Positions 25,017-33,494 of a stretch of DNA of 40,681 nucleotides are shown in pieces. Each line of letters opens with the position of its first letter. The first letter of the stretch is position 1. The notes beneath the pieces were generated by a model. The model was not told the origin of the DNA and did no database searches. It worked only from the letters and a program-made list of their open reading frames with translations. The translations under genes and the position numbers were made by a program. Location of the stretch: IMG/VR virus record IMGVR_UViG_3300020045_006566, positions 1 to 40,681 of that record. One strand, given 5' to 3'. This DNA is from a virus (taxonomy: Duplodnaviria > Caudoviricetes).

Positions 25017-25534
25017 GTCGCGGAATCCGTAAACTCACCCCAGACATCGACAAGCCCGACGGCTCCGACGGTGTTATAGATAGTCACGGCTTCCCCGGTC
25101 CGTACCGTCAACTTCTGGACGTCTACGTCTCCGTATCCTGCATCCCAAATGATGTTTAGCGGGACGAAACATTCAAGCTCGTCCGAGGTCGCTGTCGAGA
25201 TACTCGGCTCGTCCGAGGACCAAAAAATACGGCGTAGAGTTACGCTTGCACCACCAGCGATAGTTCCGGTGTGTCCGGTAGAAACCGAAACAAGCGCGCT
25301 GTTTGCGCTGTCATGGGCTACCGGAGCAACTGCAGTCGGTGTCCACGTTGTCGTAGCGGAGTTTTTTCGGATTTCCATAAGGGCGGCAACGCCCGTGACG
25401 CCTGCGGTCTGGTTGTTAAGAAGTCCGATACGGGCCACGCGCAAAACACGCGCTCCGCCATTCAGAATGCCCCACATATTCTTTCCCACCGCGAAAACAT
25501 TCGCCTGTACGTTCAATGTCCAGCTGTTAGCCAT
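25013..25534 (-). CDS. Beta-rich virion-associated protein
   Basis: AAGGAG RBS; paralogous to the 23681-24868 domains. Confidence 0.75.
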   Translation of the reverse strand: MANSWTLNVQANVFAVGKNMWGILNGGARVLRVARIGLLNNQTAGVTGVAALMEIRKNSATTTWTPTAVAPVAHDSANSALVSVSTGHTGTIAGGASVTLRRIFWSSDEPSISTATSDELECFVPLNIIWDAGYGDVDVQKLTVRTGEAVTIYNTVGAVGLVDVWGEFTDSAT

Positions 25535-25775
25535 ATATTAAAGTCTCCTTATCGCAGTCATGTGCGGGAATCGCCCGCTCGTTGAATTGGTTCAATTGCA
25601 GCGCCCTGATTACTTTCAAGAGCGTTTCTTTTCGCTGCCCGGAAAGACCTGAAAGACGCCGCTTGTATTCATTTATCGCGAATAACCGCGCCGCGTCCCG
25701 TTGTCGTCCCGAAAGAGGAATCGGGGTTTCGAGAATCAAGCCGCGATCGGTCAAGATAAACCGGGGCGACTTCAT
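25527..25775 (-). CDS. Hypothetical basic protein
   Basis: ATGA-coupled to the collagen gene and fills the gap. Confidence 0.5.
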   Translation of the reverse strand: MKSPRFILTDRGLILETPIPLSGRQRDAARLFAINEYKRRLSGLSGQRKETLLKVIRALQLNQFNERAIPAHDCDKETLIYG

Positions 25776-26857
25776 AACGTCCACACCGTCACGGTAATTT
25801 CCTGCCCGGCTACCGTGCTGCCGATTTGATCAATATCGATGGTCAAGAAATCCCCCTCTGCTATCGCAGTTGTATCGAATACCGTCTGTGTTCCGTCCGT
25901 CGCGCCTGATGCGATCTGCAGCCGGTTCCCTTGTGTTGCCCAAATGGTCGAGCCGTTTTTGTTGATGTCGAAAATGAGCGCGGCCCCGACTGGCCCTATT
26001 TTAGCCTTTGCGTATACTTTTGTGATAGTCCCGGTGAGCGGAACGGTGAGAATATTTGTTTTGTTGACTCCGACGGTTGCATTCTCGCCGATATGAAGGA
26101 CGAACGTATACCGCTGTCCGCTGACGCCGGGGATACCCTGAATGCCTTGGATACCCTGGATGCCTTGGTCGCCGGTTTCACCTTTCGGGCCTTCCGGTCC
26201 GTCTGCGCCGGTGTCACCCTTCAATCCCTGAATACCCTGGATTCCTTGAATACCCTGCGGACCATCCGCCCCGGTATCGCCTTTCAGCCCCTGTATTCCC
26301 TGAAGCCCCTGCTCGCCGGTTTCGCCCTTGACGCCCTGCAATCCTTGCAGTCCGGTATCGCCCTTGACACCCTGAATGCCCTGCAAACCTTGCGGACCAT
26401 CGGATCCTGTGTCGCCTTTTAATCCTTGCGGGCCTTCCGGACCGGTCGGTCCAGTGGGTCCCTGAATGCCTTGCGGCCCCTGCTCGCCCTGAATGCCTTG
26501 CGGTCCGGGAACGGTGGAAGCGGCCCCGGTCGCGCCGGTCTCGCCTTGGATTCCCTGTTCTCCTTGTGGCCCCGGAACGGTGGACGCCGCGCCCTCTGGC
26601 CCGGTTGGTCCGGTCAGTCCAATGGGCCCCGTCGCGCCGGTTGGCCCCGGAACGGTCGAGACGAGGGAATCAAGGAAATCCTGTTCCGTCCCTTCGTTAC
26701 CCGCGGCAAGCCATACTTGATATGCCGAAAGGCCAGTGAGTCCGGTATCGGAGGCGGTGACTTCGGTTATGACTTCGGTGACGGTTATTCCGACAACTTC
26801 GCCCGCCGTCGCGGTGATATTCAAGATTTGATCTATGGCCCTGACGGTCACGCTCAT
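25772..26857 (-). CDS. Collagen-like fibre (collar/whisker) protein
   Basis: Long Gly-X-Y tract; GLSAYQVW...GN.GTE.DFL.SL motif; C-terminal beta domain ending D...[10 protein letters not shown]. Confidence 0.9.
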   Translation of the reverse strand: MSVTVRAIDQILNITATAGEVVGITVTEVITEVTASDTGLTGLSAYQVWLAAGNEGTEQDFLDSLVSTVPGPTGATGPIGLTGPTGPEGAASTVPGPQGEQGIQGETGATGAASTVPGPQGIQGEQGPQGIQGPTGPTGPEGPQGLKGDTGSDGPQGLQGIQGVKGDTGLQGLQGVKGETGEQGLQGIQGLKGDTGADGPQGIQGIQGIQGLKGDTGADGPEGPKGETGDQGIQGIQGIQGIPGVSGQRYTFVLHIGENATVGVNKTNILTVPLTGTITKVYAKAKIGPVGAALIFDINKNGSTIWATQGNRLQIASGATDGTQTVFDTTAIAEGDFLTIDIDQIGSTVAGQEITVTVWTL

Positions 26858-27183
26858 AATTCGATGACCTCGAAAAAGCCTTCAAGATACGGACGGGGAA
26901 TAAGGTTTTCGGTGAGAATCATGGACCAATCGAGCTTTCCGACGTCCAGGGTATCAGACTGTTCGGCGCTCAATGTGTACGTAATTGTGGTTGTATCCGA
27001 TGCCGAATCATACGCGCCTTTCACCACGGTAAGCGGCACGGCGGTTCCGTTGTTGTCCACCGACGCGGTTACCGTTGCGGATGAAAGGTCCCCGGGGTGA
27101 ACGGTGAGGAATGTTTTCTGGTATCCCTTGAAAACCTTTCGGATGTTCAATTCGCCGATGCTTCTTGATCCTATGTCAGCCAT
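26854..27183 (-). CDS. Hypothetical Ig-like/BppU-like adaptor
   Basis: Beta-rich; T..LSAEQ...L...W......LEG.F pattern; precedes the fibre gene. Confidence 0.55.
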   Translation of the reverse strand: MADIGSRSIGELNIRKVFKGYQKTFLTVHPGDLSSATVTASVDNNGTAVPLTVVKGAYDSASDTTTITYTLSAEQSDTLDVGKLDWSMILTENLIPRPYLEGFFEVIEL

Positions 27184-27675
27184 TTACTCTTTTCCTCCGT
27201 TGACCCTGTGCGTGATTGACTTCCGCAATGTTCCGTCGTCGATCATCGGCGTGCTTGATCCCTTGCGGGCGACGGTTGAATCCGCGTTCGGCGCCCATGA
27301 GCCGAAGCCCTGTGTGTCGAACGCCTCTTGAATGACAGATTCGGCTGCAATGCCTATGTCCTGAAAAATCGCCTTGACGTCGCCCGCCTCAAGATGTCCC
27401 TTTGCCTTTCCCGAAACATACGTGCCGATCTTGTCCTGTTTCTGTTCAATCGGCATCCGAATGAAAGATCGTTTCGGCGGCCGGTCTTTTACGACGATTG
27501 ACCCGAATTCGTTGTACGCCCCGTATTCGGCAACCTGCATTCCGTCCGGGGTCTTTGCTTCCGCGAACACCCCGACGTCTACGGAATGATCGGCATCAAG
27601 TCCCTCGATAAGCTTTTCGAGCCGCGAGAAATCGCCGGTTATGGTCGACTGCCCATCGGAGAACTTGAAAGCCAT
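27184..27675 (-). CDS. Neck/tail completion protein (virion morphogenesis family)
   Basis: V.VG, A..GA.NEFG, P.RSF.R, W.PNA.ST..RKGSS.P.ID.G.LR.SIT motifs. Confidence 0.85.
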   Translation of the reverse strand: MAFKFSDGQSTITGDFSRLEKLIEGLDADHSVDVGVFAEAKTPDGMQVAEYGAYNEFGSIVVKDRPPKRSFIRMPIEQKQDKIGTYVSGKAKGHLEAGDVKAIFQDIGIAAESVIQEAFDTQGFGSWAPNADSTVARKGSSTPMIDDGTLRKSITHRVNGGKE

Positions 27676-27863
27676 TACCAGACGGCCCGCGCGTAGAGGT
27701 ACGAAACGAAGACGGCGAACGCCAGGGACGCCCACATGCCGACGCGGTACGCAATAAGCTCGCGCTGTTTTCCCTTGATGATATCGACCATTTCCTGTGT
27801 CCAGTGGATTTTTCCGGCTTCCCGGTATCCCCGGCGCATGGCCTGTGCTGCTTTTTTGTTCAT
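27675..27863 (-). CDS. Small membrane-anchored hypothetical protein
   Basis: ATGA-coupled start at 27863; C-terminal TM. Confidence 0.55.
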   Translation of the reverse strand: MNKKAAQAMRRGYREAGKIHWTQEMVDIIKGKQRELIAYRVGMWASLAFAVFVSYLYARAVW

Positions 27864-28174
27864 GATACGCGCTCCCATTCCGTTGATGCGTATGCCCATT
27901 TTACCCCGTCAGCAAAAAATGCTATGTCGGAATATGGATCGGAATCTTCATCAGTGCAAGGCTCTATTTTCTGGAAAAGGGATCCCTGCGAAAGAAGTTT
28001 TACTTCCCATATGCCGGCGCCACCCTTTCCGTATTTTACCTCAAGAATGGTTCCATCTGAAACGACAACAAGAACGCCATGATCGGCATCGTCCGTTCCA
28101 TATTTCCCAACTTCCCCGGTAAAATCACCTTCAAACTCGACAAGATCATCGCTCGCCCCATAGATTTTTGTCAT
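27860..28174 (-). CDS. Conserved-looking phage hypothetical protein
   Basis: MTKIYGASDDLVEFEG...SDGT.....Y...G.W; ATGA-coupled. Confidence 0.7.
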   Translation of the reverse strand: MTKIYGASDDLVEFEGDFTGEVGKYGTDDADHGVLVVVSDGTILEVKYGKGGAGIWEVKLLSQGSLFQKIEPCTDEDSDPYSDIAFFADGVKWAYASTEWERVS

Positions 28175-28593
28175 GGCGTTGTCGCTCCTGCTACGGTAAA
28201 CACCGCGCCGCCGATATACGGGTGAGTGAGCACCGCCCATTTCTGCCCGTAATACGTCGAGGTGTAAAACGCGAATACCCCGGTTCTCATCCAGTCGGGT
28301 ATGTCCACCGATTCCGAAACCCCGTCAACGCTGCGCGATGTCTGCAAAAGGCGGGGCTGTCCGCCCGAGTCCTGCCCGTCGATGTCGGTCGTAAGGAAGT
28401 GCGCGGTAAGGTAGGTGTATGCCTGATCAAGTGATTCCTGCGTCGGGTAGAGATCCTGATTGATGACCGCGATGGCTTCGGCGAGGGCTTGGGTGATATC
28501 CTTGTCGCGAACGTCCGGGGCTTCCGAACCGTAGGCGAACTGCCCGCGGTCGAAATACGCCTTGAATGTCGCGACGGTTACGGCCGGCGTCAT
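28171..28593 (-). CDS. Head-tail adaptor (DUF4054-like)
   Basis: FK..F, YLTAH.L, S.SV..VS.S and T.YGQ motifs. Confidence 0.85.
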   Translation of the reverse strand: MTPAVTVATFKAYFDRGQFAYGSEAPDVRDKDITQALAEAIAVINQDLYPTQESLDQAYTYLTAHFLTTDIDGQDSGGQPRLLQTSRSVDGVSESVDIPDWMRTGVFAFYTSTYYGQKWAVLTHPYIGGAVFTVAGATTP

Positions 28594-29042
28594 GCTTTCG
28601 CGGCCTTCTTTTCGGCGATGACTTCGGCGAGTTTCTTGGTTCCCCAGCGGGAATCAGCGTTGATGCCGAGGGCTTGAGCTTCCGCGATGAGGTCGCTTTT
28701 CGTAGGTTCGGACCCGGGAGTTTCCGCGGCGGGTTCGTCCGGCGTGTTCACCTGGTTCTCGCGTGAGTTGAGCGCCGCTTCCCGTTCGTCGAGGGCCTTC
28801 TCGCGCTTGGTGAGGTTCGCTTCCCGGTCGCGTAGGGACTGTTCGCGGCGGGCGAGTTCGTCATTGGTCGGGGACGCCTTGCCGGTGAGGGCGAAATCGG
28901 CGGGGTAGCTCGTCACGAGGCGGAGGGCAACAACCTCATCGAGATCGGCGGATTCATTCGGGGCGAGGTCTTTCGTCATGCCCCTGACCTGATCTTTGAG
29001 CCAAACGCGCTTTCCTTTGTTCCATACGGTCTGTGTAGCCAT
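28590..29042 (-). CDS. Head-associated protein with coiled coil and C-terminal HeH/LEM-like motif
   Basis: AAGGAG RBS before ATG 29042; C-terminal L...A..LGI..D.RWG.KKL...I; upstream promoter TTGCGT-N17-TATACT (29104-29076). Confidence 0.7.
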   Translation of the reverse strand: MATQTVWNKGKRVWLKDQVRGMTKDLAPNESADLDEVVALRLVTSYPADFALTGKASPTNDELARREQSLRDREANLTKREKALDEREAALNSRENQVNTPDEPAAETPGSEPTKSDLIAEAQALGINADSRWGTKKLAEVIAEKKAAKA

Positions 29043-29092
29043 GTCTATATTCTCCTTTGTGTGTTCTATTTCGTCAGTATATGGCAATAGTT

Positions 29093-29836
29093 CTAATCAC
29101 GCAAGGGGTTTATTTCAAACTCGCCGGGGTAAAAATCTGCATACTTTCGGGCCAGATACTCCGGTATGATTACTTCGCGGCCACTGAAAAACGGCCCTTG
29201 AATCTCGGCAAGCGTCCATTCCCGGAAGCCGATGTTTTTGAAGGTCGCAAGCGGGACGGAATCCCATATCCGTGAATAATCCCCGCCCCAGCTTTTCAGG
29301 GCCTCATCGTACCCGTCGCCCTCGATATGCGGAACTCCGTGCATGTACCGGGCGGAATATTCCCGCTCCGGACGGCCTGACAAAATGAACGGCTTGTGAT
29401 CGTGGCCCCAAAAAGTCACGCGGTCGGGCCAGAATTCGGACAGGATGAGCCGCCAGCGCTTGACCCATACCGATTTATCCTTTTTCTCGTGATCGGGGGA
29501 ATACACGTCAAGGCCGCCGAGGTCAAAACCGCATACAATGACGTCATGCCCGCGCGTCAGGGCTTCGGCTACGAGGGTTGTCCCGGTGTCCTTCCGGTAT
29601 ATCTCCGGGCATGAATAGGGCCGCGAATCGGGCAGGATGGCGAACGTTGCCCCGGTTTTCTCCCGCCATGCTTCAGCCTCGCGCATGACGTCAGAATGCC
29701 CGGCAAGGGCGGTCAGGATGTCCCCGTAGTCGATGTACACCCGGTTGCATCCCCATATTTCACCGGTAAAGGCGCGGATTTGAGCGTCGAACGAAAGGCG
29801 AGAAATGCCGTTTCCGAGTATCAGAATGGTTGCCAT
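29093..29836 (-). CDS. Maf/MptE/GT29-like Rossmann-fold enzyme, probably leaderless
   Basis: ILILGNGISR, WGCNR.Y, TG and IVCGFD motifs; ATG 29836 lies 6 nt after the -10 box. Confidence 0.6.
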   Translation of the reverse strand: MATILILGNGISRLSFDAQIRAFTGEIWGCNRVYIDYGDILTALAGHSDVMREAEAWREKTGATFAILPDSRPYSCPEIYRKDTGTTLVAEALTRGHDVIVCGFDLGGLDVYSPDHEKKDKSVWVKRWRLILSEFWPDRVTFWGHDHKPFILSGRPEREYSARYMHGVPHIEGDGYDEALKSWGGDYSRIWDSVPLATFKNIGFREWTLAEIQGPFFSGREVIIPEYLARKYADFYPGEFEINPLRD

Positions 29837-29842
29837 GTCCCC

Positions 29843-29928
29843 ATGATACGGCAGGATTGAAAAAAATACAAGTTTCGTGCGATTTATTGCAATAGACGCT
29901 TGACAGTTCGTTGCAATGGATGTAAGAT
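29843..29928. promoter_or_regulatory. Divergent sigma70-type promoters
   Basis: Minus strand: TTGTAT-N17-TATCAT (29871-29843). Plus strand: TTGACA-N17-TAAGAT (29900-29928). Palindrome TATTGCAATA lies between them. Confidence 0.75.
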
Positions 29929-29951
29929 AATAACAGATAGGAGATACAAAC

Positions 29952-30182
29952 ATGACGAACGGAACAAACGAACAGGATGCAGCGGAATTCGAAAAACTTT
30001 TTGTCAAGGTTGCTAAGTGGGTCGCTTTTGAATACGGCGTCGAATGCGTGTTGACCATCAACGCCGGAAACTTCCAGCGGTTCCTTGACGGATATCACAA
30101 CGCGCTCGCCCTTGCGATCGAAAACAAGGGATTCATGAAAGAAGCCTGCGAAATAATCTACAACGAAATAAACTATAAATAA
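29952..30182 (+). CDS. Hypothetical protein
   Basis: AGGAG RBS; first gene after the promoter. Confidence 0.7.
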   Translation: MTNGTNEQDAAEFEKLFVKVAKWVAFEYGVECVLTINAGNFQRFLDGYHNALALAIENKGFMKEACEIIYNEINYK

Positions 30183-30222
30183 CCATCACGCCCGCCGGAG
30201 CGTATCCGGCAAAGGGAGTATC

Positions 30223-30570
30223 ATGAATCATCTAAATAGCGTACTTTTGGAGGGGGTTGTAACCGGGCCCGCCGAACTGGAGACATCGAACGGGGCGAAA
30301 ATCTACCGGTTTACGATCAAAACAAGCCGATTTGAGCCTGTTGATGACGATCTGACCGAATCGGCGTCATTCATTGATGTCGAAACATACGGGAAACTGG
30401 CGACTCATTGCAGCGTCGAATGCACCGAAGGCCGTGGCGTCCGCGTTGTCGGTCGAATCAAACAGGAATACTGCGAAGATGACGACGGAAAGCTGTTTTC
30501 TTTCGTCAAGATCGTTGCCGATCACGTCGAGTACAAGCCCGCCTTTCGCAAGGCAAAGGAATCCGAATGA
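30223..30570 (+). CDS. ssb: Single-stranded DNA-binding protein (short, Treponema-like)
   Basis: MN.LNSVLLEG, SFIDVE..GKLA..C, GRGVRVVGR.KQ and KIVA.HVE.KP motifs. Confidence 0.9.
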   Translation: MNHLNSVLLEGVVTGPAELETSNGAKIYRFTIKTSRFEPVDDDLTESASFIDVETYGKLATHCSVECTEGRGVRVVGRIKQEYCEDDDGKLFSFVKIVADHVEYKPAFRKAKESE

Positions 30571-30734
30571 TTTACCGAATGGCGAAATACCGGGGCGTGG
30601 ATATATCATGCCGAAAGGCGCGGAAGAACATGCCTCGCGCGTACCTTTTCATGATGGAAAATCTGCCTTTCACGGCGTTTTCACTCGACGAATGCATCAT
30701 GTTCATCGACATGAATAAGGCGTGGCCGGCATGA
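30567..30734 (+). CDS. Small hypothetical protein (55 aa)
   Basis: ATGA-coupled on both sides. Confidence 0.55.
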   Translation: MIYRMAKYRGVDISCRKARKNMPRAYLFMMENLPFTAFSLDECIMFIDMNKAWPA

Positions 30735-30895
30735 ATGAAATGACCGAATCTGATTTTGTTGAGTTCATATCGCAGCCGCTCGACGGGTTGCTTTATGATC
30801 TCGAGTTGATGCCCGAACAAGTAAACCACGGGTCTCGCGAATGGCTGTACAGCGAAGTAATAAAATCGCTGTACTTGAAGGCGGAAAAGAAATGA
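30731..30895 (+). CDS. Small hypothetical protein (54 aa)
   Basis: ATGA-coupled on both sides; MNEMTESDFVEF... Confidence 0.55.
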   Translation: MNEMTESDFVEFISQPLDGLLYDLELMPEQVNHGSREWLYSEVIKSLYLKAEKK

Positions 30896-31023
30896 ATTAC
30901 CTGACGGATTTTGCGAAACGGTTGGTTTTCAACCTGATTTGTATCTCCCTGGTGGTTTTCATCGCGTGGATTGCGCGGGATATCTGGTATGAGATTTTTA
31001 CGGGATTGGAGGCTGGAAGATGA
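30892..31023 (+). CDS. Small single-TM protein
   Basis: ATGA-coupled; hydrophobic core. Confidence 0.55.
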   Translation: MNYLTDFAKRLVFNLICISLVVFIAWIARDIWYEIFTGLEAGR

Positions 31024-31208
31024 GTGTTCGGGAAATAATCGCTACCCTTATCATAGGTTTATTCGTTGGATTCATTTTCGGCGCATTCGTCGCCGTTGGC
31101 ACGGCAAACAAGGTGATCTCTGTTTATGCCGAAAATAGCCGCCTTTATTATTGCGATGAAGGCGTGTTTGAAATAAATGAAATTTCAAATCAGGGGGCGA
31201 ATAGATGA
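31020..31208 (+). CDS. Small single-TM protein
   Basis: ATGA-coupled; N-terminal TM. Confidence 0.6.
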   Translation: MSVREIIATLIIGLFVGFIFGAFVAVGTANKVISVYAENSRLYYCDEGVFEINEISNQGANR

Positions 31209-31744
31209 ACATGACCGCGATTGAAAAGGCGAAAGGGGCACACGAGCGCATTTCCAATGCAAGGGATCAGCTTACTTTCATTCGTGACGCAAGGCGAGAC
31301 GATCTTGATTTGTACCAGCGTTTGACGCACATGATAGGTGATTTATATCACTCTCTCGAAGCCCTCGCCGCGCTTGAAGCAGAAAAACCTGCGGAGGATT
31401 TAATTGAAGAATTACCGTGTGTTCACTGCGAATGTACTTATTATGATACAGATTTTACAGATAGTTGCGCCGCAGAAAGCGGGGGCGAGCCTGCTTCTGC
31501 AACATGCGTAAAGCATTTGAAATCAAGTCATTTAATCCAGCAATACGCCGAAGCCTACCACGCTAAAAAATGCGCGGAGTGCAAGGCGGTTCACAAGAAC
31601 TGCGAGAACTGCGCGGAGTATCCGTGTGAGGCCGTGAATAACGGAATGTTCTGCGAGGGTAAAAACTGGAAAAATCCAAACGACTTCCCGCGCTTTGAAA
31701 AACGTTCCGGCATCACAACAGACGTGAACGACGATCATGAATAA
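31205..31744 (+). CDS. Cys-rich hypothetical protein
   Basis: Several CxxC clusters after an N-terminal coiled coil. Confidence 0.7.
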   Translation: MNMTAIEKAKGAHERISNARDQLTFIRDARRDDLDLYQRLTHMIGDLYHSLEALAALEAEKPAEDLIEELPCVHCECTYYDTDFTDSCAAESGGEPASATCVKHLKSSHLIQQYAEAYHAKKCAECKAVHKNCENCAEYPCEAVNNGMFCEGKNWKNPNDFPRFEKRSGITTDVNDDHE

Positions 31745-31958
31745 CACCCGTGGCATCTACATCGAAAACCTGACCGCCGAAATATTTCGCACACTCACCG
31801 ACGTGCTGAATCCGGCCACGACGGATAAGGATTTCCTAAAGGCGCATGATCGCGTGCGTGCGATCATCGGGCGGGAATACGTCGATATAGCCGACCAGAA
31901 ACGCGAGCCAGTGAGGAGGCGGGGTAGACCGAAAAAGGTACATGACGAGGAGGAATAA
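31737..31958 (+). CDS. Hypothetical protein with AT-hook-like RRGRPKK
   Basis: Overlaps the previous stop and ends at the terminator. Confidence 0.7.
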   Translation: MNNTRGIYIENLTAEIFRTLTDVLNPATTDKDFLKAHDRVRAIIGREYVDIADQKREPVRRRGRPKKVHDEEE

Positions 31959-31987
31959 AAAAGGCCCTCCCGAAAAAGGAGGGCCTT
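31957..31987. terminator. Terminator between the capsid gene and the convergent operon
   Basis: AAGGCCCTCC-CGAAAAA-GGAGGGCCTT with an A run on the left (U tail for the minus-strand capsid transcript). Confidence 0.8.
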
Positions 31988-32003
31988 GCCGTTTAGCCTG
32001 CTA

Positions 32004-32984
32004 TCAGGTCGTCGCGGTCTTGTCGAGGTAGAGAACTTCGCGCGGGCGGTTCACGAGGACGCCCGAGAACTGGCCGTAAGCTTTCTGCTCGAAGTGGAAG
32101 CCGTCGACGGTGTACGCCTGCGGCATGGTGAAGTCCACGGGGATCGACAGCTTGAGGGTTTCCGAGTTGTTCCGGTACAGGGTGTATCGGTCCTTCGCGA
32201 AAGTGTTCTTGTCGCTCTGGCTGTATACCATCGGCAGAATCTTGAAGTTCGGATTGTTGGTCATCTCCGCGAAGATGTTCTTCATGTACTGCAGCTTCGA
32301 GATCGTGGTAAACGTCGGAGAGGTCGCCGCGCCGAGGCCGAGGTAATCGGCCGCCGGGATGACGAAGGTGTCCGGGTTGTACACGGTGTAGTTCGAGTTT
32401 GCGAAGTACGCCGAAAGGAGTCCCGCGATGAAGGTCTGGAACTCGGTCGTGTCCATCGTCTTGATGTCTTCGGCGATGAGCGCGGTATTGATCGAGACTT
32501 CGGAATTGTTCAAAAGACCGGTCATGTCGGAACTTCCGATGAACGCGGTTTTCTGGACGCCGAGATCCCAAATCTTCTTCATGGCCTTGAGGGACGCGGC
32601 CACGGGGTCCCAGTTGAGGGCTGCGGCTTCCTGGATTTCGGGCAGGTCCCACTTGGTCCCCATGAACCATTTCTGCGTTCGCATGGAGATCTGGTCCAGC
32701 GCGGAACTTGCCTGCGGGACACGGGAATTTCCCTGATCGATGAAGCCGTCCTCGAAGTTCGCGCCCGTATAGTACTCGCGATTCTGGACGATCTTGCTTT
32801 TCCAGGCGGAAGAGCCGACGTCAATCGGCATGTAGTCGGGTACGTTGACCTCGAAAAACTTCTGTTTCGTGACATCGGCATTGATGTGAGTCAGGGTATC
32901 GATGATGTACTGATACCCGGTACTCGTCAGGTCGATGTCTCCGGCCGAGTTGAAAAGCGGCCGTCCGTTGATAAACTTGTTCAT
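32004..32984 (-). CDS. Major capsid protein (DUF2184-like)
   Basis: AFIG.....GLLN, PDT.VIP and G.FSGV...RP...Y motifs; strongly biased C-ending codons; GGGAGG RBS. Confidence 0.9.
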   Translation of the reverse strand: MNKFINGRPLFNSAGDIDLTSTGYQYIIDTLTHINADVTKQKFFEVNVPDYMPIDVGSSAWKSKIVQNREYYTGANFEDGFIDQGNSRVPQASSALDQISMRTQKWFMGTKWDLPEIQEAAALNWDPVAASLKAMKKIWDLGVQKTAFIGSSDMTGLLNNSEVSINTALIAEDIKTMDTTEFQTFIAGLLSAYFANSNYTVYNPDTFVIPAADYLGLGAATSPTFTTISKLQYMKNIFAEMTNNPNFKILPMVYSQSDKNTFAKDRYTLYRNNSETLKLSIPVDFTMPQAYTVDGFHFEQKAYGQFSGVLVNRPREVLYLDKTATT

Positions 32985-33005
32985 GTTTTCGTTGCCTCCC
33001 TATTC

Positions 33006-33491
33006 CTACGCCGAACCGACGGACTTGGCGTCAGCCTGTATCCATACGCGCCCGATAGCCGTATCGGCGGTCTTGTCGAGCATGTAGCCATACGGTGCCT
33101 TGGTCGAAACCGCCTTGACGCTTCCGGGGGTCGCGAGAACGGGGGTCACCTGTGCGCCGCGATTGAGGGCGCCGGACGCCTTGAGCCGCATGACCGCACC
33201 GGATACCGCGATCTGGACCGTGTCGCCGGGTACGTATTCCTTCTTGTTTTTCGACTTGACGACGGTTCCGAAGATCGCCTCAAGCTCGGTGGCGCGTTCA
33301 TCGACGATGGGCGAACCGACAGAATCGGAAGATCCGAGGTCTACGAGCTTGACGGACTCGCCGGGGATGAGCCGGTTGGTGCTCGTCGCGCCGGGGTTGT
33401 ATCGGCACGAGATGGTGTGCTCGCAACCGAAAAACGACAGGTCGAGTTCACCGATTGCGGCCTCTACCTGAAACTGATTGATGTTGCTCAT
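33006..33491 (-). CDS. Head decoration/cement protein
   Basis: 161 aa between the scaffold and capsid genes. Confidence 0.7.
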   Translation of the reverse strand: MSNINQFQVEAAIGELDLSFFGCEHTISCRYNPGATSTNRLIPGESVKLVDLGSSDSVGSPIVDERATELEAIFGTVVKSKNKKEYVPGDTVQIAVSGAVMRLKASGALNRGAQVTPVLATPGSVKAVSTKAPYGYMLDKTADTAIGRVWIQADAKSVGSA

Positions 33492-33494
33492 GGG

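Noticed and set aside
26120-26660. Tandem DNA repeats as CRISPR or VNTR
   Set aside because: They encode collagen Gly-X-Y triplets and have no repeat-spacer structure.
29837-30061. N-terminal extension of the 322-aa ORF-track call
   Set aside because: It overlaps divergent promoters and an opposite-strand gene; the enzyme motif begins right after ATG 29836.
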